Of a DNA stretch of 64,000 nt, positions 29,205-39,350 are shown piece after piece. A program made the translations under genes and the position numbers. Position 1 is the stretch's first letter. Every line of letters starts with the position of its first letter. The DNA lies in contig JAVBUT010000002.1 of assembly GCA_031555055.1 (NCBI GenBank), forward strand, positions 142,418 through 206,417. Direction: 5' to 3'. Source of the DNA: Alphaproteobacteria bacterium (GTDB taxonomy: Bacteria > Pseudomonadota > Alphaproteobacteria > Rs-D84). The notes under the pieces are model-generated. The model was not told where the DNA came from, made no database searches, and worked only from the letters and a program-made list of their open reading frames with translations.

Positions 29205-30107
29205 ATGAGTTTTGCAAGCAGTATGATCAGATTGGAAATCGGGCTAAAGGCGCATGTGCTGAATTGGCCATGGCGCGACAGAATGCTGCGCAGAAAAATA
29301 CGTAACGATGTGCTGGGGACTGTTCTGCCGAAATATCTGAAACGCTATTTACCACCGAAAAATTTCAAAGCGCCAACAGTCGTTCATGATGATGCCACCG
29401 AGAAGATTTATTCAATATGGTTTCAAGGAAAAGACAGCGCGCCCAAATGGGTCAAGGCATGTTTTCGCAGTGTTGAACGTAATTGTCCCCAGGAACATGT
29501 TGTGCTGGATGAAAAGACGGTTTTTGATTATATAGAACTGCCGGAATATATAATGGAAAAACGCAAGTATGGAAAAATCAGTCATGCGCATTTTGCGGAT
29601 ATTGCACGTGTTGAGTTGCTGAATAACTATGGTGGTATATGGATGGATGCGTCCGGTTATGTTACGTCCCCGCCGCCAGCATGGATGATAGAGCAGGATT
29701 TTTTTGCATATCTGGTTAATCCGGAATCTGTGGGATTTGGTTGGCGGTACAGCTTTATGCAGAACTGTTTCTTTCGCGCGCGCAAGGGTTCCTATATTTT
29801 GGCTGCATGGCGTTATATGATTCATGAATTTTGGAAACATGAAAACACCCGGCTGGACTATATGATTCATCAATTGATGTTTAAAACACTTGTTATGAAT
29901 GATCCGCGGGCGATAGCTGAATTCGCCAAGATGCCGCATGTATATCAGAATACGACGCATGCCCTGTGGTGGGAATACAAGGACAAGCCGTTTGATCAGA
30001 AAATATATGATGAAATTACTGGCAAAACATGGGTCCAAAAGACAACATATCGTAATACGGAAAATCTGACTCCCGGCAGTTTTGCAGATCATATGGTTAA
30101 AGCATAG
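29205..30107 (+). CDS. Capsular polysaccharide synthesis protein (tandem paralog)
   Basis: KIYSIWFQG...AP, HAHFADIARVELL..YGGIWMDAS; collinear with upstream paralog. Confidence 0.87.
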   Translation: MSFASSMIRLEIGLKAHVLNWPWRDRMLRRKIRNDVLGTVLPKYLKRYLPPKNFKAPTVVHDDATEKIYSIWFQGKDSAPKWVKACFRSVERNCPQEHVVLDEKTVFDYIELPEYIMEKRKYGKISHAHFADIARVELLNNYGGIWMDASGYVTSPPPAWMIEQDFFAYLVNPESVGFGWRYSFMQNCFFRARKGSYILAAWRYMIHEFWKHENTRLDYMIHQLMFKTLVMNDPRAIAEFAKMPHVYQNTTHALWWEYKDKPFDQKIYDEITGKTWVQKTTYRNTENLTPGSFADHMVKA

Positions 30108-30116
30108 GAATAAAAA

Positions 30117-30914
30117 ATGCCAAAAATATCCGTCATAATTCCTGTTTATAATGCGGGGAATTTTCTGCGCAAGTGTTTGGACAGCGTGATCGCACAATCG
30201 TTCGACGCAGTAGAAGTGATCTGTATCAATGACGGCAGTGTGGATGATTCCGGAGAAATTCTTGCCGAATATGCTGATCGTGATCCGCGCATAAAAATCA
30301 TAACAAAAAAGAATGCCGGCGCGTCCGCAGCGCGCAACGACGGTCTGGCGGCCGCGCGCGGCGAATATATTCATTTCCTGGATGCGGATGATTTTATCGA
30401 TCCGAACTATTACGATCGTATGTATGCGGCGGCCACACGCAATGACAGCGATATGGCGGCCAGCGGATTCGTCAGCGACAGCAAATATACAACCGGGATC
30501 AAATATAAAAAGAATCTGATCGTTACGGGTCTGCGCGCAAAATTCCAGAAAACAAACGCATTGGTTGATTCGTATATCTGGCGGTATTTGTTCCGTCGCG
30601 AATTTATCACCAGAAATAAATTCAAATTTAGGACAGATTTGATTTCCCAAGAAGACACAATATTCCTGCTGGATGCATTGAAACAGGCAAATTCTGTCGC
30701 GATCGTGTCGGGGACAAATTATCATTATGTTATACTAAATCCTGATTCTGCATTAAATTCGCGCGATCCGGTCAAACGCAAAAAGATCAAGGAACAATAC
30801 GTCTTGGGAAAAAAATTTCGCAGACAATTCGCGCGGGATAATAAACTAATGTCGCTGTGGCGGATGCGCAAATTGCAAAAACTGCCCATTATTGGAAAAC
30901 TAATCAAAGGATAA
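30117..30914 (+). CDS. Glycosyltransferase family 2
   Basis: ISVIIPVYN, INDGSVD, NAGASAARN.G, FLDADD, ED. Confidence 0.93.
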   Translation: MPKISVIIPVYNAGNFLRKCLDSVIAQSFDAVEVICINDGSVDDSGEILAEYADRDPRIKIITKKNAGASAARNDGLAAARGEYIHFLDADDFIDPNYYDRMYAAATRNDSDMAASGFVSDSKYTTGIKYKKNLIVTGLRAKFQKTNALVDSYIWRYLFRREFITRNKFKFRTDLISQEDTIFLLDALKQANSVAIVSGTNYHYVILNPDSALNSRDPVKRKKIKEQYVLGKKFRRQFARDNKLMSLWRMRKLQKLPIIGKLIKG

Positions 30915-30921
30915 ATTTATC

Positions 30922-31929
30922 ATGCCAAAAATTTCAGTAATCATACCAGTATTCAAAGTTGAAAAGTATTTGCGTCGTTGTCTGGATTCGCTGTTGAACC
31001 AAACGTTTGACGATTGGCAGGCGATATGTGTCAACGATTGCAGTCCGGATAATTCTGGCGCGATATTGGCCGAATATGCGGCACGTGACAAACGTATTAT
31101 GGTTGTAAATCATACGAAAAACGGCGGATTGTCGGTGGCGCGTAATACCGGTTTGAAACACGCAACCGGTGACTATGTCATGTATATTGATTCCGATGAC
31201 TTTATTCATCCCCAGACCATGGAAATCGCACTGATGTTGGCCAAGCGCGATAAATCGGACATTATTTCATACACCTATGATCGTAAGTATCGCCCCCAGC
31301 TGATGGTGCGGTACAAGCTGGGGTTTGATATAGATCATGCCATGCCGCGCGGGATCAGAAAAAAATACGATATTTCAAAAATAGACAGTTGTGTCACGGA
31401 TGATATATTCGCACACATAACCGAACAGTCACACACAAAGATAAAATGCCCGATCAAGCATTGCCAAGTATGGAAATTCATGGTCAAACGGTCTTTGTTA
31501 AAAGGTATAGAATTTATCCCGGGGATCGTTTATGAAGATCTGCCATGGTGGCTGGAAGTCGTTTTAAAACATCCGCGTACGACGATCACACAGTTGCCAC
31601 TGTATTATTATTTCCCGAACTTTGGCACATCGATTCTGCTGTCGTACAAAGCCATGCGCAAGCAGATGGATCGTCTGACCGGACTGGTGTCGATATTTAA
31701 TTTATACAAGAAAAAAGCATCACCTCGCGAAATGGAGATAGTCCAGCGCGAGTTCCTGTGGCAGTTCTATATTCATTCTTTTCGTGAAATAGGCCAACTG
31801 GACGAGAATGATAAAAAAACGGTTCGCGCAAAATTTATAGAGATGAAAAAATTGGGGATGTTTGATAATCCGCCGTTCCCGCGCGCCGTCAAATATCAAA
31901 AACGGATATTGGGATTTATTAACAACTAG
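30922..31929 (+). CDS. Glycosyltransferase family 2
   Basis: ISVIIPVFK, VNDCSPD, NGGLSVARNTG, YIDSDD, YED. Confidence 0.93.
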   Translation: MPKISVIIPVFKVEKYLRRCLDSLLNQTFDDWQAICVNDCSPDNSGAILAEYAARDKRIMVVNHTKNGGLSVARNTGLKHATGDYVMYIDSDDFIHPQTMEIALMLAKRDKSDIISYTYDRKYRPQLMVRYKLGFDIDHAMPRGIRKKYDISKIDSCVTDDIFAHITEQSHTKIKCPIKHCQVWKFMVKRSLLKGIEFIPGIVYEDLPWWLEVVLKHPRTTITQLPLYYYFPNFGTSILLSYKAMRKQMDRLTGLVSIFNLYKKKASPREMEIVQREFLWQFYIHSFREIGQLDENDKKTVRAKFIEMKKLGMFDNPPFPRAVKYQKRILGFINN

Positions 31930-32011
31930 CGTATAGCGAAATAGCAAATAGCGCATAACGTATAGCATGTTTGTTAATCGCCATACACTATGCGCTATTT
32001 GCTATACGTTA
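31927..32011. repeat. TAGCGCA heptamer inverted array between convergent glycosyltransferase genes
   Basis: tagcaaatagcgcata (31942-31957) pairs perfectly with tatgcgctatttgcta (31989-32004); both stop codons lie inside the array. Confidence 0.85.
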
Positions 32012-32865
32012 CTTTTTCTAAACCGTTCTGGGATTTTTGTGACCAGTTTCAGGCCGAACATTGCGGGTTTCGTCCATGTGTATATAGGGCGGAATATGGT
32101 CTGCAGGGTGCGGGCCAATTTTATATACGATTCACGTCTGCGTTTTTTATTTGTGATCATCAATATCGTACGTGCGATCTGGCGTTTCAAATGCTTTTGC
32201 CATGTCGGGTCGCGGCCAGCGGCCTTGGCCAATAATGTGTTGTAATCGGCGAATCCAAAGTGCAGCAGATACAGGTTTTTATCAATATGGAAATTTGTGC
32301 GCTTTACAGAATGAAATCCAGAGCCCCAGCGTGGGAATTTCTGATTTCTGATTTCTGATTTCTGATTTTTTGCAATAACTACTGGCTTTGTGTATCTTGT
32401 CGATAATAATGCATATGAACGTTGCGCCAAAAACGGTTTTGACGTATCCAGTTCGTATTCCAGATTCATATCCTGGCCCACGTCCAGCCCCAAGCCTGAT
32501 ACGGTATTTTTTATGTTCAGATCGGATAGATATTGCGCCAGCGATTTGTTCGTATTCGGGTCGACGATCAGAAATTCGTCACAGTCGCACCCGATAACCA
32601 GATCGTATCCCTGGGCGAATAATTCCGCGGCCAGCTTATTCATCAATCCAATACGATATTTATCGCCCTTGGTACGCCCCAGGGCGGGCTTTGGAATTCT
32701 GGTGATGTTCGCGCTGCCGGCGCCGCTGGGGATTTTCTGATCGACGCCGTCCAGATAGATATACAGATTCCGTTCGCCCAGTTCGCGTCCGTAATATGCG
32801 ATCCAGCGGTTCAAAAAGAATTCGTCATTATATGCCATGGTTATGGCGGCGATTTTTTTCATCAT
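32002..32865 (-). CDS. Glycosyltransferase, GT2-like (Glyco_tranf_2_4 type)
   Basis: AITMAYNDEFFLNRWIAYY, YDLVIGCDCDEFL, WGSGFH, LYLLHF. Confidence 0.8.
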   Translation of the reverse strand: MMKKIAAITMAYNDEFFLNRWIAYYGRELGERNLYIYLDGVDQKIPSGAGSANITRIPKPALGRTKGDKYRIGLMNKLAAELFAQGYDLVIGCDCDEFLIVDPNTNKSLAQYLSDLNIKNTVSGLGLDVGQDMNLEYELDTSKPFLAQRSYALLSTRYTKPVVIAKNQKSEIRNQKFPRWGSGFHSVKRTNFHIDKNLYLLHFGFADYNTLLAKAAGRDPTWQKHLKRQIARTILMITNKKRRRESYIKLARTLQTIFRPIYTWTKPAMFGLKLVTKIPERFRKSNV

Positions 32866-32868
32866 GCC

Positions 32869-33747
32869 TTAGATTCCTTCTTTGAATATTTTAACCAATG
32901 TATGTTTGATGTTACGCCAAATAATCTTGATCGGATTATTTGTTAAAAATCTTTTTACATGCGCGGCGCCGTATACATGTTTCGCGTTTTCAATAATCGC
33001 CGTGCGCATAGCGGGATCAATATGATTCAAAACATAAAGAACCTGACGCCCCAGGGCGCCGTGTTTGCGGATAAATGATGTCTTTTTGAAAAAAGGAAAG
33101 CCATGATTGAACAGATGTTTTATCTTGTTATATACCGCATGTCCGCGGACGTTAAATTTGCAAGAATATGTGCCACCATGTTCGATCATCATCCGCGTAA
33201 AGCCGTTTTCGTACAGCCATGTGACCATGCCTTTGTCCTGGTGCGTAACACCGCGGATAAATGCGTCGAATTGTTCTGATAAAAATACGCGTGGCGCAAT
33301 GCCGATAAACCAAGACTGGATATGCGGCTTGGTTTTATGTGCGTTCAGTACCATTCCGGTCGCATCCGCGCCACGCGATTCCAGATCGGTTAAAATCGCC
33401 AGGATAGGGCGCAACGGGCCATAGACGGAATCATTGACCATATAAACCCAGTCGTAATTTTGAATTATATTATTATCGCGTGCCCAGATATATCCGCGCT
33501 TGTACGAACCAAAGTCATATTCGCCATGGCGGTTTGCGCCGGCGTACATGGTGTATGATCTGATTTTGCTTAATTGTTCGGATGTCGTGTCGTTATCCAT
33601 ATAAAACACAATGTCACCCAATGCCGCCAAAGCCCGTACATACATGATCAACGATTCGTCGATAACACCGTTATGATTATTGGCGGGATCATATGCTGCG
33701 AATATAAATAAACGTCTAGGTGTATTTAGAGTGTTGTTTTTTGTCAT
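32869..33747 (-). CDS. Rhamnan synthesis protein F (RgpF)-like
   Basis: LFIFAAYD, YDFGSYKRG, MVNDSVYGP, HIQSWF, YENGFT, FPFFKK. Confidence 0.82.
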   Translation of the reverse strand: MTKNNTLNTPRRLFIFAAYDPANNHNGVIDESLIMYVRALAALGDIVFYMDNDTTSEQLSKIRSYTMYAGANRHGEYDFGSYKRGYIWARDNNIIQNYDWVYMVNDSVYGPLRPILAILTDLESRGADATGMVLNAHKTKPHIQSWFIGIAPRVFLSEQFDAFIRGVTHQDKGMVTWLYENGFTRMMIEHGGTYSCKFNVRGHAVYNKIKHLFNHGFPFFKKTSFIRKHGALGRQVLYVLNHIDPAMRTAIIENAKHVYGAAHVKRFLTNNPIKIIWRNIKHTLVKIFKEGI

Positions 33748-33845
33748 GTTGTAATTCTAGTACGGCGTCCAGTGGATGTCTAATGAATTATTGTTTTTTG
33801 TTTGGTATTTTGATACAATACACGGGACATAATAAAGAGGCAAAA

Positions 33846-34151
33846 ATGGTATATGAACAGAAATTGGTGAACTTGGTTCAAGATTATGGATATTTTAATG
33901 GTTGGTTGGATCCGGATAAGGCTGTAGGGCGTTCGTCTGAAATGGTTGAATTTATGGCGATATTGCCAAAGCCTGGTAAAAAAGAAGAGCTAAAAAAAGC
34001 CGCACAGGAATTGAATATATTTTTAAAGGAAGATAAAAAATCTTTTGGCTCTGGAAAGCCAGCCCAAGAAGTGTTGACTTTTGCATCGCAGAATCAGCCA
34101 GAATTTAAACAGATAATTCGCAAAATAGTAAAAGAAGCAAATATTAAATAA
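33846..34151 (+). CDS. AT-rich hypothetical protein
   Basis: Extended -10 TGATACAAT, SD AAGAGG, ATG 33846, terminator after stop. Confidence 0.7.
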   Translation: MVYEQKLVNLVQDYGYFNGWLDPDKAVGRSSEMVEFMAILPKPGKKEELKKAAQELNIFLKEDKKSFGSGKPAQEVLTFASQNQPEFKQIIRKIVKEANIK

Positions 34152-34176
34152 AAAATCCGGCAAACGCCGGATTTTT
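34150..34176. terminator. Bidirectional intrinsic terminator
   Basis: aaaaatccggc aaac gccggattttt. Confidence 0.85.
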
Positions 34177-34178
34177 AA

Positions 34179-36014
34179 TTATTCGCCAACGGCGCGTTTT
34201 GCGCGCTTGCGGGAATTGGCGTCCAATTCCTTTTTGCGCAGACGTATTGTCTCCGGTGTAACTTCGACTAATTCGTCATCCTGGATATACGACAGCGCGT
34301 CTTCCAGCGACAAGCGGCGTGGCGGCGCCAGGAATTGTTTTTCATCCGCGCCCGCCGCCCGCATATTGGTCAGTTCTTTGCCTTTGATCGGATTTACTTC
34401 CAGATCGTTTTCCTTGGAATGTTCGCCGATGATCATGCCGTTATAAACCTGTGTCTGCGGATCGATGAACAATGTTCCGCGCGGCTGCAGGTTAAACAAC
34501 GCGTATGTGGCGGCGGCCCCAGATTCCATGGATACCAGAACACCCGGACGGTATTGCGATATCGGGCCGCGATACGATTCGTATCCGGCGAACATACGGT
34601 TCATGATTCCTGTGCCGCGCGTGTCGGTGCGGAATTCCGACAAGTATCCGATCAGTCCGCGTGACGGCGCAGAAAATACGATTCGCGTTTTGCCGACGCC
34701 GGACGGTTTCATTTCTGTTATGATTGCCTTGCGCGTGGTCATTTTGTCGATAACAATACCGGTGAATTCGTCGTCAACGTCGATAACCAGGTCTTCGATC
34801 GGTTCCAGCATATTGCCATCTTCATCGTGACGCATAACGACGCGCGGGCGTGATACGCTCAGCTCGAACCCTTCGCGGCGCATGGTTTCGATCAGAATCC
34901 CCAGTTGCAGTTCGCCGCGGCCTGATACCTCGAATGCTTCGTTGTTTTCGGATTGTGATACGCGCAGGGCGATATTGGTTTCAGCTTCTTTGAATAATCT
35001 TTCGCCGATCATGCGTGATGTTAATTTTTTACCACCCGAACGTCCCGCCAATGGCGAAGTGTTAACAAAGAACGTCATGGTCAGTGTCGGCGGATCGATC
35101 GGCATTGCCGGGATCGGTTCCGTCACACTCAGGTCGCATAGTGTATCTGCCACGGTTGCCTTGGAGAATCCAGCGATGATGACAATATCGCCGGCGTTGG
35201 CGGATTCTAATGACACTTTTTCAATTCCGCGCCATTCGATGATTTTTGTAACTTTGGCTTGTTCGATGACGTCACCCTTCATATTCAGTGCGCGCACGGC
35301 CTGGCCGACGCGGACAGTTCCGGATTCGACTTTGCCGGTCAGGATTCGACCAACGTACGGATCGGCTTCCAGTGTGGTCGCCAGCATTTTAAATGGCGCA
35401 TCAATCGCACAGCGCGTGCCGCCACAGTCCGGCGCCGGAACGTGATCTACGATCAGCTGGAACAGGGGGGTTAAATCTTTATGTTCGTCGTTTAAATTGC
35501 GGATTGCCCAGCCGTCGCGCCCGACAGAATACAAGTATGGGAAATCCAATTGCGAATCGGTTGCGCCCAGTTTGTCAAACAGATCGAATGTTTCGGTCAA
35601 AACTTCGTCTGCGCGCTGATCGCCGCGGTCAATCTTGTTGATGCATACGATGGGCCTCAGGCCCAGTTTTAAAGCCTTGCCCAATACGAATTTGGTTTGT
35701 GGCATGGGGCCTTCGGCACTGTCCACCAGTAATACCACACCGTCAACCATGCTTAAAATACGTTCAACTTCGCCGCCAAAGTCCGCGTGGCCCGGAGTAT
35801 CCACGATATTGATTTTATAATCGCCCCATACAACGGATGTAGGCTTTGCGGAAATCGTAATACCGCGTTCTTTTTCGATATCGCCGCTGTCCATTACGCG
35901 TTCAGCCACGCGTTCGTTTTCGCGGAAAGTTCCGGCCTGTTTTAACATATTGTCAACCAGTGTAGTCTTGCCATGGTCAACGTGTGCGATGATTGCGATA
36001 TTTCTAATTTTCAT
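34179..36014 (-). CDS. typA: Translational GTPase TypA/BipA
   Basis: [51 protein letters not shown]. Confidence 0.98.
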   Translation of the reverse strand: MKIRNIAIIAHVDHGKTTLVDNMLKQAGTFRENERVAERVMDSGDIEKERGITISAKPTSVVWGDYKINIVDTPGHADFGGEVERILSMVDGVVLLVDSAEGPMPQTKFVLGKALKLGLRPIVCINKIDRGDQRADEVLTETFDLFDKLGATDSQLDFPYLYSVGRDGWAIRNLNDEHKDLTPLFQLIVDHVPAPDCGGTRCAIDAPFKMLATTLEADPYVGRILTGKVESGTVRVGQAVRALNMKGDVIEQAKVTKIIEWRGIEKVSLESANAGDIVIIAGFSKATVADTLCDLSVTEPIPAMPIDPPTLTMTFFVNTSPLAGRSGGKKLTSRMIGERLFKEAETNIALRVSQSENNEAFEVSGRGELQLGILIETMRREGFELSVSRPRVVMRHDEDGNMLEPIEDLVIDVDDEFTGIVIDKMTTRKAIITEMKPSGVGKTRIVFSAPSRGLIGYLSEFRTDTRGTGIMNRMFAGYESYRGPISQYRPGVLVSMESGAAATYALFNLQPRGTLFIDPQTQVYNGMIIGEHSKENDLEVNPIKGKELTNMRAAGADEKQFLAPPRRLSLEDALSYIQDDELVEVTPETIRLRKKELDANSRKRAKRAVGE

Positions 36015-36044
36015 TTTAATTCCTTTTCATCTTTCGGTCCGCGG

Positions 36045-36104
36045 TGCCGTCGAAAACAGACCCTCGTGTAGCGCTTGTACACGTCGGGTCTGTTTTCGAC
36101 GGCA
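36045..36104. promoter_or_regulatory. Long GC-rich hairpin in the typA upstream region
   Basis: Perfect 19-bp stem tgccgtcgaaaacagaccc/gggtctgttttcgacggca with inner cgtgta/tacacg stem. Confidence 0.65.
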
Positions 36105-36255
36105 GTCGGCACAAAATACTGAATCCGGTTTTAGCCCCTAAAAACGGGCATGGGGCACAGAATATACTATAAAAGACAGGTTTTCAAGGAATATTGAAAT
36201 ATTTTTGTTTTGTCCAGGGATATGGTATAATATAATTAAATAAAAAGGGTTTAAA

Positions 36256-36990
36256 ATGGTCACGACAATTAAAAAAGTTGGAAAAAAAGTAACTAAAAAT
36301 TTTAAACTGGCTGGTGGTATTGCCGCACTGGGTGTAATGTCTTTTTTGCCTATCAAAGGTGAGGGCCAAAACATTGAAACAAAACAGGGTACCGCACAGG
36401 GGTATATGCGAACATATTATAATGACGGTGAAGGAGATTCTACAAATTATTCAAATTATAAAAAGATTGAAATTTCTTTGGTAAAACAGAACCAAAATAT
36501 TGCAGATTCTTTAATTTCACAAGCTCTTGGCACTTTTCCTGATAATAACAATGGGGTTGTTGAAGTTATAATAAAATCAGATTTGGACACTTTGAAACTT
36601 ACATCAAATACTTTGGTAGGTTTAGAATATATATTAATAAATGCCCAAACAGGTAAATACTTTCCAAAACATGAGATAGGATACGGTTATGGAACATTAA
36701 AAGGGGTAAGATTTGTTAAGAGATATAATACAGAAGGTTTTAAGTTTCCAAAAATTATTGAAATATATCCCTTGGTATCTGAAGATAAAGAATGGGCGGA
36801 TGAAGCTAGTTTAGAACTTTTTGGCGATAGAATTAAAAATGAAATACAGGAAATAGAAAACAAGTTTAAAAAAGCTGGTTTAAAAACAGAAATTAAAATT
36901 ATGAAGGATTTCCTGCCGGAACAGGTATTATCCAGCAATAATAAAACTTATATTCCATTAGAATTGTATGGGGAAAAAGGCGGTAGATAA
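36256..36990 (+). CDS. AT-rich hypothetical exported protein
   Basis: TGGTATAAT promoter, SD AAGGG, basic N-terminus then hydrophobic LAGGIAALGVMSFLP. Confidence 0.75.
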   Translation: MVTTIKKVGKKVTKNFKLAGGIAALGVMSFLPIKGEGQNIETKQGTAQGYMRTYYNDGEGDSTNYSNYKKIEISLVKQNQNIADSLISQALGTFPDNNNGVVEVIIKSDLDTLKLTSNTLVGLEYILINAQTGKYFPKHEIGYGYGTLKGVRFVKRYNTEGFKFPKIIEIYPLVSEDKEWADEASLELFGDRIKNEIQEIENKFKKAGLKTEIKIMKDFLPEQVLSSNNKTYIPLELYGEKGGR

Positions 36991-36991
36991 T

Positions 36992-37021
36992 AAAAAATCC
37001 CGGCCATTGACCGGGAGTTTT
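36992..37021. terminator. Intrinsic terminator
   Basis: tcccgg ccattga ccggga gtttt. Confidence 0.7.
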
Positions 37022-37040
37022 GTTTGCTTGGCTAGGACTA

Positions 37041-37186
37041 AGTTCTCCTCCTGTGGAGGAGTTGATTTTTTGCGATCGCTGGTATCGCGAAGCAAAAAAG
37101 ACGAGGTGGTCTTTTAAAAAATAAAACTTGAAAAGACCACCCCGCCGCGCAAAATAGCGCCGGCACCCCTCCACAGGAGGGGAACT
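37041..37186. mobile_element. Non-coding MITE/REP-like palindromic element (CCCCTCCTGTGGAGGGG family)
   Basis: Termini agttctcctcctgtggaggag / cccctccacaggaggggaact, inner ggtggtctttt/aaaagaccacc; inverted homolog of 42611-42775. Confidence 0.75.
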
Positions 37187-37197
37187 GGTATCGCGCT

Positions 37198-38484
37198 TTA
37201 TCGTTTTCCGCCGATCTTGGTGCGGCCGCCCATTAATGGTTGCAGTGCCGCCGGGATATTTACCGACCCGTCAGCATTCTGGTGGTTTTCCAAGACAAAC
37301 GCCAATGCGCGCGGCAGGGCGATCGCGGTATTGTTCAGTGTCGCGACGAACTTTACATCATTAGTGCCGTTTTCGCGATAGCGGGTATTGGTACGACGTG
37401 CCTGGAATTCGCCGATTGACGAGCAGCTGCCGGCTTCGCCCCATCTGCTTTGTCCTGGCATCCATACTTCGACATCGCAAGTTTTTACCTTGTTAAATCC
37501 CATGTCGCCGGTTGCCAGATCAATTGTGCGTTGCGGTAATTCTAAGGCTTCAACCGCGTCGCGCAAATTGTTCAGAATCAGATCGTACATTTCGTCACTC
37601 TGTTCCGGTTTGCAGAATACGTATTGTTCAACCTTGTGGAATTCGTGTATGCGGTACAGGCCGCGGGTGTCGCGTCCGGCGGCGCCGGCTTCTTTGCGAA
37701 AGCAATGCGACAGGCCAAAGTATTTTATCGGCAAAACAGATTCTGGCAGTATTTCCCCAGAATGCAGCGAATTCATCAGGATTTCAGATGTCCCGGCCAG
37801 ACAGCGGTCCGTGCCCGCCAGCATGAATACATCATTATCCATAACAGCAGGATCAGTGCCGATGAAATGTCCGGCATCCATAATTGTCTGCGGCTTGGTC
37901 ACGGCAGACACGCGCATAAATGTGAATCCCTTGTCGATCAGTCTGGCTGTGACATAGGACTGGATCGCGTAATCCAATTCGGCGGCTTCGCCCATCAGAT
38001 GATAAACGCGCGCACCACTGATTTCGGCAACCTTGTCGTTCATCCACCAGTTGTTCATATCCAGAATTTCCCAATGCGGTCGCGGCGTGAAATCGAATTC
38101 GCGGATTTTACCGCGTTCGCTAACCACAACGTTAAACGAATCGTCCGGACCGACCGGGGCGCTGGCTGACGGTATCTGGGGCACGCGATGCAGCAGATCG
38201 TTCAGTTGGGCTTCTTTGGTGGCCAGTTCCGCCATATCGCTGGCGATTTCCGTGGCGATTTCTTTTGATTTTGCGATCAGCGCCGGTCGTGCGTCACTGT
38301 CACTGCTACTTACACTGGCACTTATTTTATTTTTTTCCGCAGTCTTAGTTTGTGTAAGTGTTTTCAGTTCGCGAACACGCGCGTCCAGTGCCAATATGGC
38401 GTCAACGTGATCGTCAAAACCTTTGACCGCGCACGCGTTTTTTATAACATCAGGATTTTCGCGAATAAATTTTATATCCAGCAT
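37198..38484 (-). CDS. serS: Serine--tRNA ligase
   Basis: MLDIKFIREN, LAGTSE, CFRKEAGAAGRDTRGLYRIHEFHKVEQ, EAGSCS, FQARR, TLNNTA. Confidence 0.97.
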   Translation of the reverse strand: MLDIKFIRENPDVIKNACAVKGFDDHVDAILALDARVRELKTLTQTKTAEKNKISASVSSSDSDARPALIAKSKEIATEIASDMAELATKEAQLNDLLHRVPQIPSASAPVGPDDSFNVVVSERGKIREFDFTPRPHWEILDMNNWWMNDKVAEISGARVYHLMGEAAELDYAIQSYVTARLIDKGFTFMRVSAVTKPQTIMDAGHFIGTDPAVMDNDVFMLAGTDRCLAGTSEILMNSLHSGEILPESVLPIKYFGLSHCFRKEAGAAGRDTRGLYRIHEFHKVEQYVFCKPEQSDEMYDLILNNLRDAVEALELPQRTIDLATGDMGFNKVKTCDVEVWMPGQSRWGEAGSCSSIGEFQARRTNTRYRENGTNDVKFVATLNNTAIALPRALAFVLENHQNADGSVNIPAALQPLMGGRTKIGGKR

Positions 38485-38498
38485 AATTTGTACCTTTA

Positions 38499-38526
38499 TA
38501 GTGTCAGTGACAGTGTTAGTGTCAGT
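38499..38526. repeat. Hexamer (AGTGTC/AGTGAC) array upstream of serS
   Basis: tagtgtc agtgac agtgtt agtgtc agt; complementary tract inside serS at 38294-38321; similar array at 49765-49792. Confidence 0.7.
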
Positions 38527-38704
38527 ATATTACTTTGTTAATTATAGATGTGTGCGACGTAAATCGCAAATGAAAGTTATATCCCCTGCGGGGATGAGGA
38601 AAATGTGCAATGCGCAAAGTTCAAAGTGCAATTGTTTTTCATAGTAAATGGATTATAAACATTTATAATTTAAAAATCAATTATTTCATTGAACATTGCG
38701 CATT

Positions 38705-39241
38705 TTAAGCGGCGACGGCTTTTTCTTCGACCGCCATTTCGTCGTCAAACAAGGCAGGCTGGGCCATGACGCGTTCAAAGCTTTTTACAAACAGATAATC
38801 CGACAAACGGTTCAAATACTGGATAATCGGGGCCAATGCCATGCCATAGCGTTCGATTTCAGGCAGTTCGCGTTCGGCCTCCATCATTTCGACGACCCGA
38901 CGTTCCGCGCGGCGGCATATCGCACGCGCCAGTGAAACATAGCCTTTGGGATTAACAAAAAACGGGGGGATAGAGTTGTTATGTGTGGAAATATAATCTT
39001 CCAATTGCCAGATTTGTTGCGCGATACGGCGTTCGTCGACAGTTTTGAAATAAAAATATCCCATCAGTTCCGACAAGAATGTCTGGACACCGTCAAACTT
39101 GTCCGCGGCCAGACCCAGCGCGCACGAAAGTTCGTCCAATGTGCCCTGGATTTCGATTACAGGATGCGTCTTGCTGGCGATCCGGTTAGGATTCAGCTGG
39201 GTCATTCCTGTATCGCCTGCCTTGGTTGTAATCTGTGCCAT
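38705..39241 (-). CDS. pduO: ATP:cob(I)alamin adenosyltransferase (PduO type)
   Basis: ITTKAGDTGMT, GTLDELS, ARAICRRAERR, YLNRLSDYLF. Confidence 0.9.
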   Translation of the reverse strand: MAQITTKAGDTGMTQLNPNRIASKTHPVIEIQGTLDELSCALGLAADKFDGVQTFLSELMGYFYFKTVDERRIAQQIWQLEDYISTHNNSIPPFFVNPKGYVSLARAICRRAERRVVEMMEAERELPEIERYGMALAPIIQYLNRLSDYLFVKSFERVMAQPALFDDEMAVEEKAVAA

Positions 39242-39350
39242 GGTAAAAATACTCCGTATTTTTTTTTAAATGTGCAATTATTGTGCGCGTTCCGCGCGAC
39301 TTTATTTAATTGCACTTTGAACATTACACATTGATATAACGGCAAAGCCA

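Noticed and set aside
29412-30725. 437-aa antisense ORF, and other long antisense ORFs such as 13669-14745, 46069-46914, 53840-54736
   Set aside because: Shadows of well-supported genes on the opposite strand with no recognisable motifs
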